Part shown: positions 58,118 through 64,000 of the stretch, in pieces
Numbering within the stretch: position 1 is the stretch's first letter
How the letters are laid out: each line of letters starts with the position of its first letter
DNA from: Nitrosopumilaceae archaeon
Lineage (GTDB): Archaea; Thermoproteota; Nitrososphaeria; Nitrososphaerales; Nitrosopumilaceae
NCBI GenBank assembly: GCA_965207375.1
Contig: OZ242274.1
Coordinates: forward strand, 608,001-672,000
DNA: 64,000 bases
Reading direction: 5' to 3'
Notes under the pieces: model-generated
The model's input: only the letters and a program-made list of their open reading frames with translations
The model's database searches: none
What the model was told of the DNA's origin: nothing
Made by a program: the position numbers and the translations under genes

Positions 58118-59152
58118 CTATTTCATTAACTGCTTGATTACTTTTTCTAGCACCACGTATGGATCTTGCATCTGTTGCATAATTTTTTTTGATCTGTCAG
58201 CATACTGGTCTTTTTTACCATCTAGCATCTTTTTTGCCAGTTTGGATATCTTTTTTGGATCAGATTCCCTTTTGGCAATCTTTTTGTTTATGAGAAACTG
58301 TTCAACTATATTTGGAACTGCATTATATGATAATGTCGGGAGTCCCAACAACGCTGACTCTGCAGTCATCGTTCCACCAGAACCTATGAACAGATCAGAG
58401 TTTAGCAAAAGATTTTTTCCATTGTATGATTTTGTCAAAACCTTGACCTTGTCTCCGAATCTCTTTTTCAAATAAAAAATCTGTTCCTTGTATCTGGCCA
58501 AAACAACTATCTGTGCATCTATCGTACCTTGTGCCAATTCTTCAATTATGTCGACGGTTTTATTTTTATATTTCACATATGAGGCCTGTTCTTCGTCTAC
58601 TCTGAACAAGATTACTTTTTTATTTTTATCAAAGGGAAGTTTGCTGTTTTCTTTAATTTTCTGTCTTACTATGGAGGCTGCATCTATTGCATTGTATTTT
58701 ATGATATTTTCAGAACTGATTCCAAATTTTGTAAATCCTGATTTGGCAATGATGCGCGGAATTAATAATTTCTGAAGTAATGGCACAGACAGCTTTATTG
58801 CAGCTATTGCATACGGTGTATCTGTAAACCCTATGTGTTTTATACCTAATCCGTGTGCAATTCTTGCAGCATCTGGAGAACAAAAACTAATTGTCAAATC
58901 AGGTCTTTGTTTTTCAATTAATTTCTGCAGTTTGGCCATTCTGTAAATACTAGATTTTAACTTTGATTCCTTTCTTTTTCCTCCATATTTTCCTACAGAA
59001 ATCAACTCAAATTCTTGCAATTTTACCAAATTTGATAATTCCCTGTATCTTCTACCTGTACAAATTACCGTATGTTTTTTTCTTAATTTTTTAACAATTG
59101 GCTCAAAAAACAATAATTGCTTGGGGGTCAGTATATCGATCCAAATTTTCAA
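58118..59152 (-). CDS. DUF354 family GT-B fold protein
   Basis: MKIWIDI..P, G.YG, DTP and GGTMTAESALLG.P motifs. Confidence 0.8.
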   Translation of the reverse strand: MKIWIDILTPKQLLFFEPIVKKLRKKHTVICTGRRYRELSNLVKLQEFELISVGKYGGKRKESKLKSSIYRMAKLQKLIEKQRPDLTISFCSPDAARIAHGLGIKHIGFTDTPYAIAAIKLSVPLLQKLLIPRIIAKSGFTKFGISSENIIKYNAIDAASIVRQKIKENSKLPFDKNKKVILFRVDEEQASYVKYKNKTVDIIEELAQGTIDAQIVVLARYKEQIFYLKKRFGDKVKVLTKSYNGKNLLLNSDLFIGSGGTMTAESALLGLPTLSYNAVPNIVEQFLINKKIAKRESDPKKISKLAKKMLDGKKDQYADRSKKIMQQMQDPYVVLEKVIKQLMK

Positions 59153-59213
59153 CTAAATCCTTCTTCAAAACCGCTTCAATAAGTTTTTCTTAGTCGATAT
59201 TGCATAAAATTCA

Positions 59214-60350
59214 ATGAGAGGAGTAAAAATTGCCGTTTATGGTCTTAGTACCGAAGGGTATTCTCTTGCATGCCAGATGGCCATACAGGGAGCTGATGTA
59301 TTTTTAATTGATGAATCCTCGCCCTCTGCAATATCTCTAAATCTGGAAATTGCCAAAACATATCCCAATGTTGCATCCCTAAAGGAGGATGAACCCTTGC
59401 TTTCTATGGAGCCAATTGATGTGGCCATATCAAAGGCTCAATATCTGTTCTTTGCTCCAAGAATTAGAAAGTCCGGCCAGGACACAAAGACCGAAATTCA
59501 TTCAAAATTCAAAGATGCATCACAGTCTATGCAAAAAAACAGCACCATTGTATACAATATTCCTACTGGATTTGGAGGCAACAACGAAAACATAGCCCTG
59601 TTAGAGCATGTAACAGGATTTGAGACAGGTAAATCAATAAATTATTTTTATTATCCTATATCTGCGCAAAACCTGCCTAGGGTCATAGGATCATTTAATG
59701 GAAAATCCGATGATAAACTTGCCAGACTTTTATCAGACGGCAAAAAACAAAAAAAATTTGTGAATCTGCCCTCCTCCGAACATTTTCATGCCGTTGACGT
59801 TTTGTCCCAATTTTCAAAGACGTGCAGCATTTTAGAGGTATACAAATTTGCTCAAGATGATGCCGCCAAAGAAAATCTCTCACTAGATGAATTTACAAAT
59901 GTTTTTCTTGATGACATAATAAATGATATGTATGATCTAAAATCTCTTGGCTCCTCTTTTGAAGGTGCAAATACCTTGATGTATTTAATTAACACAAGTA
60001 TCAAGTGCATTGATGCTTACGTCAAGCGCCTAATTGACGAAATCCGTGCCACGTTAAAAAAACACGATCTCAAGGCTAGCAAGACAAAAATTGCCCTGTC
60101 TTGGACATTAGATCCGCATCAAATGAGCGGTGAAAAACTAGAGATGCTGCAAACCCTCACTACTAAATTGCGTGATTATATCGGTGAGGTTGAGGCTTAT
60201 GAAGATTCCAATTTTGGTCTTTTTCATAGCGATAAAGACACAATAGTTGTATCATGTTCTAAAATGGATTATGAAAACATGATAGATGGCAAAAAAGATG
60301 GCGGATTAGTAGTCATCAAAGCCAATCCTATGTGCGAAACAATCCAATAA
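59214..60350 (+). CDS. Divergent UDP-glucose/GDP-mannose dehydrogenase-like protein
   Basis: KIAVYGL..G Rossmann-like start and overall layout; canonical motifs are degenerate. Confidence 0.5.
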   Translation: MRGVKIAVYGLSTEGYSLACQMAIQGADVFLIDESSPSAISLNLEIAKTYPNVASLKEDEPLLSMEPIDVAISKAQYLFFAPRIRKSGQDTKTEIHSKFKDASQSMQKNSTIVYNIPTGFGGNNENIALLEHVTGFETGKSINYFYYPISAQNLPRVIGSFNGKSDDKLARLLSDGKKQKKFVNLPSSEHFHAVDVLSQFSKTCSILEVYKFAQDDAAKENLSLDEFTNVFLDDIINDMYDLKSLGSSFEGANTLMYLINTSIKCIDAYVKRLIDEIRATLKKHDLKASKTKIALSWTLDPHQMSGEKLEMLQTLTTKLRDYIGEVEAYEDSNFGLFHSDKDTIVVSCSKMDYENMIDGKKDGGLVVIKANPMCETIQ

Positions 60351-60368
60351 GAATAAATTTAGAAAATC

Positions 60369-60965
60369 ATGTCTCATTTTTTATTGAGCAAAGACGACAA
60401 ACCAGATGATTCTAGTATCCAAATACCTGTCGAATCTGTAGAACCAGAAAGCAAGATATCTGCAGAATCTGCCACGTCACAAGACGAATCTACATCTTTG
60501 AGCAAAGAAGAAATGTTAAAGTTAATCAACGAACAAAACTCCAAACTGCAAGACTATGAAGAAAAACTAAAACACGCTCTTGCAGATTTTGCAAATCTTC
60601 AAAAAAAGACATCCCTAGATATACGGACCGGAATAAACAATCAAACCGACAAGATGTTTTTGGATTTTTTACAAATTTATGATGATTTTTTGAGGGCTAA
60701 AGACGCTTATAATGCTAATAATATCGACACTGATGGGTTGGATTCTATATTGAAGAACATGGACTCTTTTTTGTCAAGCAATAATGTAGTCCAAATTGAG
60801 GCATTAGGGGAGATTTTTAATCCCAATTTTCACGAGGCTATTTCAATAATATCTGACTCTCAACTTGATGATGATACCATTACCAAAGAAATCAGAAAAG
60901 GATATATTTCTAATAATAGAGTTATAAGACCAACACTAGTCGAAATATCAAAAAGAAACAAGTGA
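60369..60965 (+). CDS. grpE: Nucleotide exchange factor GrpE
   Basis: ADFAN, FNPNFHEA and GY...RVIRP motifs. Confidence 0.93.
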   Translation: MSHFLLSKDDKPDDSSIQIPVESVEPESKISAESATSQDESTSLSKEEMLKLINEQNSKLQDYEEKLKHALADFANLQKKTSLDIRTGINNQTDKMFLDFLQIYDDFLRAKDAYNANNIDTDGLDSILKNMDSFLSSNNVVQIEALGEIFNPNFHEAISIISDSQLDDDTITKEIRKGYISNNRVIRPTLVEISKRNK

Positions 60966-60971
60966 TGAAAT

Positions 60972-62888
60972 ATGGCAAAAGTTATAGGTATAGATTTAGG
61001 CACAAGCAACTCTGCGGCAGCAGTCATGATGGGCGGCAAGCCTACGATTATTTCTGCTGCAGAGGGCGCATCTGTAGGCGGCAAGGCATTTCCATCGGTG
61101 GTTGCCTTTTCCAAGGATGGCGATCTGTTGGTTGGAGAACCTGCACGTAGACAGGCAGTTACAAACCCCGATAATACCATTATAGCTGCAAAGCGGAAAA
61201 TGGGAAGTGATTTTATCTTCAAAGTACAAGATAAAGACTACAAACCGCAGCAGATTTCTGCATTCATTTTACAGAAAATTAAAAAAGATGCAGAAGCTTT
61301 TACCGGAGACAAGGTAGAAAAGGCAGTAATTACGGTTCCTGCCTATTTTGATGATAACCAAAGACAGGCAACAAAGGATGCAGGAACAATTGCAGGCCTT
61401 GACGTAGTGAGAATAATTAACGAGCCTACTGCTGCATCATTGGCATTTGGCCTTGATAAATCAAAGCAGGACATGAAAATCATGGTTTTTGATTTTGGCG
61501 GCGGCACCTTAGATGTTACAATCATGGAAATGGGAGGAGGCGTTTTTGAGGTAATGAGTACATCTGGAGACACGCAACTAGGAGGCACCGACATGGACAA
61601 GGTTCTCATTGACTATATTGTAGATGAATTCAAGAAAAAGGAGGGCAACGATCTTTCACATGACTCTACTGCCATGACAAGAATCAGGGAATCTGCAGAA
61701 AAGGCCAAAATTGAATTATCAACTGTTATGGAAACTGACATCAACCTGCCTTTCATTGCACATGATCCCTCATCTGGACCAAAAAATTTGGAATTACGAT
61801 TTACTAGAGCAAAGCTTGAAGAACTAATCGGGCCCGTAGTGAACAAGTGTAAATCCTCAATTGATAAGTCACTGCAGGATGCAAAACTTTCCCCCTCAGA
61901 TATTACCAAAATCGTTCTAGTTGGAGGCCCTACAAGGATTCCTTTGGTTAAGAAATTTGTAAGTGAGGTTTTGGGAAAAGATGCCGAATCTGGAGTAGAT
62001 CCAATGGAGGCAGTAGCAATGGGTGCAGCAATCCAGGCAGGAATTATCGCAGGCGACATTGAAAGCGATATCGTTCTTCTTGATGTAACTCCTTTGACCT
62101 TGGGAATTGAAACACTTGGAGGCGTCAGAGAGCCATTAATTGAAAGAAACACGACAATTCCAACATCCAAAAGCAAAACATTTACGACTGCTGCAGATAA
62201 CCAGACCGCAGTTACCATACATGTGGTTCAAGGCGAACGGCCCATGTCTGCAGACAATGTATCACTTGGAAGCTTTAATTTAACCGATCTGCCGCCTGCC
62301 CCCCGCGGTGTACCTCAAATCGAGGTCAAGTTTGATATTGATGCAAATGGAATAATCAACGTTACTGCAAAGGATCTTGGTACACAAAAGGAGGCAAAAA
62401 TTACAATTGAATCAAACTCAAAGCTGTCACCTGATGAAATTGAAAAGCTCAAAGAGGACGCAGAAAAATTCTCCGATGATGACAAGAAGAAAATAGAGGC
62501 AATTGAGCTTAAAAACGAGGCAGAAAGTTATATCTATACTACTGAAAAACTCATCACACAGGATCTAAAGGACAAAATATCTCAAGAACAGGGAATCAAA
62601 GTTACTGATGCAATCAAAGAGGTAAGAGAGGTAATAGACCAAGGTGCAGATCAATTAAGGCCAAAGTTAGAGGCTCTTAAAACTCTGGTCAATGAGATAA
62701 CTGTCGAACTATACAAGAATATGCCCCCTCCGGGTGCAGCACAGGGAAATACTGATGAGCCAAACCCACAGGGAAATACTGATGAGCCAAACCCACAGGG
62801 AAATACTGATGAGCCAAACCCACAGGATCAAAATGATGGTGCTCAGCAAACAGATTCCAAATCTGATGATTCTACCAAGGCAAATTAG
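60972..62888 (+). CDS. dnaK: Chaperone DnaK
   Basis: GIDLGT, TVPAYF, NEPTAA, DFGGGT and GVPQIEV motifs. Confidence 0.98.
   Translation: MAKVIGIDLGTSNSAAAVMMGGKPTIISAAEGASVGGKAFPSVVAFSKDGDLLVGEPARRQAVTNPDNTIIAAKRKMGSDFIFKVQDKDYKPQQISAFILQKIKKDAEAFTGDKVEKAVITVPAYFDDNQRQATKDAGTIAGLDVVRIINEPTAASLAFGLDKSKQDMKIMVFDFGGGTLDVTIMEMGGGVFEVMSTSGDTQLGGTDMDKVLIDYIVDEFKKKEGNDLSHDSTAMTRIRESAEKAKIELSTVMETDINLPFIAHDPSSGPKNLELRFTRAKLEELIGPVVNKCKSSIDKSLQDAKLSPSDITKIVLVGGPTRIPLVKKFVSEVLGKDAESGVDPMEAVAMGAAIQAGIIAGDIESDIVLLDVTPLTLGIETLGGVREPLIERNTTIPTSKSKTFTTAADNQTAVTIHVVQGERPMSADNVSLGSFNLTDLPPAPRGVPQIEVKFDIDANGIINVTAKDLGTQKEAKITIESNSKLSPDEIEKLKEDAEKFSDDDKKKIEAIELKNEAESYIYTTEKLITQDLKDKISQEQGIKVTDAIKEVREVIDQGADQLRPKLEALKTLVNEITVELYKNMPPPGAAQGNTDEPNPQGNTDEPNPQGNTDEPNPQDQNDGAQQTDSKSDDSTKAN
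62740..62826 (+). repeat. 27-bp perfect tandem repeat (3 copies plus 6 bp) in the dnaK tail
   Basis: CACAGGGAAATACTGATGAGCCAAACC x3, encoding QGNTDEPNP x3. Confidence 0.95.
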
Positions 62889-62914
62889 GAATATACTTTT
62901 CCTAGGTACTAAAA

Positions 62915-64000
62915 ATGAGTTCTAAACGAGATTATTATGAGGTACTAGGCGTTGATAAAAACTCGTCTCCTGCTGACATCAAGGCGCAATACCGCAAGCT
63001 GGCTCTAAAGTTTCACCCTGATCGAAACAAGTCTGCAGAGGCAGGAGAACACTTTAAGGAAATTTCAGAGGCATACGCTGTCTTATCGGATCAACAAAAG
63101 CGTCAGACCTATGATCAACATGGACACCAGGGTATAGACGGTAGATACAGTCAGGAGGATATTTTCCAGGGAGGAAATTTCAACTTTAATGATCTCTTTG
63201 GCGGCTCAGGCGGTGGCTTTGATTCAATTTTTGAAAATCTTTTTGGCAGTAGAGACGGATATGGTGGCTCCAGTCGGGGACGCGGTGCAGATTTGCTTTA
63301 CGAAACGCAGATAACATTAGAAGATGTCTTGCATGGAAAAAAATTGGAGATAGACGTTAAAAACAACATCAAATGTGAAATGTGTGGCGGACAAGGGTGC
63401 AGACCAGGAACATCCAAAACTCGATGCTCTTCATGTAACGGTCAGGGCCAGGTCCGTCAACAACGTAAAATGGGATTTGCATCATTTGTTACTGTTGTTC
63501 CATGTAACAGTTGTCGCGGTCAGGGTATGATGATCACCGATCCGTGTCCGTCCTGCAAGGGACAGGGCAAGACAAAGGGAAGCAAACATCTAAGCTTTGA
63601 GATTCCTGCAGGCACGCAAACAGGTGACTATACAATTCCAAACGAAGGCGAATATGTGCCAGATGGTACAAGCGGTGATCTTATTGTCAGAGTACATGTT
63701 TTGCCGCACAGTAAATTCAAACATGACGGAGTGGATATGTTTTATGATCAGGACATTACCATTGTAGATGCTGCACTGGGAATAGAAACCATGATTCCTA
63801 CATTGGATGGAAATGAAAAAATCAGAATTGATGAGGGCACACAGCCCAATGATATTAAGAAATTAAGGGGCAAGGGATTGCCGTATCCTAACTCAAACAG
63901 ACGAGGTGATCTTTTTGTTCGAATGGTGGTCCATGTTCCCAAAAAATTAAGTAGGGAACAAAAAACAAAACTGCAAGAATTTGAAAAAACATTTGACTGA
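62915..64000 (+). CDS. dnaJ: Chaperone DnaJ
   Basis: HPD J-domain, G/F region, four CxxCxGxG repeats. Confidence 0.97.
   Translation: MSSKRDYYEVLGVDKNSSPADIKAQYRKLALKFHPDRNKSAEAGEHFKEISEAYAVLSDQQKRQTYDQHGHQGIDGRYSQEDIFQGGNFNFNDLFGGSGGGFDSIFENLFGSRDGYGGSSRGRGADLLYETQITLEDVLHGKKLEIDVKNNIKCEMCGGQGCRPGTSKTRCSSCNGQGQVRQQRKMGFASFVTVVPCNSCRGQGMMITDPCPSCKGQGKTKGSKHLSFEIPAGTQTGDYTIPNEGEYVPDGTSGDLIVRVHVLPHSKFKHDGVDMFYDQDITIVDAALGIETMIPTLDGNEKIRIDEGTQPNDIKKLRGKGLPYPNSNRRGDLFVRMVVHVPKKLSREQKTKLQEFEKTFD

Overview
This 64-kb window looks like chromosome from an ammonia-oxidising archaeon (Nitrosopumilaceae-like; inferred from the gene set: anaerobic cobalamin genes, ESCRT-III, aIF2, AglB, PriS/L, Nop10, Lsm, bacterial-type MetK, GrpE-DnaK-DnaJ, tRNA-Gln). 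The housekeeping backbone is interrupted by many mobile and toxin-antitoxin insertions. The main result is two IS110-family (IS1111-like) recombinase elements, each inserted at the end of a different DDE insertion sequence. Element A (2005-3404, core TG) lies just inside the left TIR of an IS66 (1987-4916). Element B (17355-18794, core TA) splits the TIR of an ISH3-type element (17350-20067, TSD ACCAT). Each carries a two-loop bridge-RNA-like sequence whose four guide segments match its own target and donor junctions; the RNA is upstream of the recombinase in A and downstream in B. IS66-derived MITEs elsewhere in the window show the empty target site. Other accessory items: a GHKL/MORC ATPase fused to an AbiEi-like domain with an inactivated AbiEii partner, an HTH-ImmA/IrrE peptidase plus PIN pair, a wHTH-MNT/HEPN pair, a MurI-like protein with both catalytic Cys replaced by Ser, and several unannotated small ORFs and pseudogenes. 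All calls are by eye; no database searches or folding programs were run.
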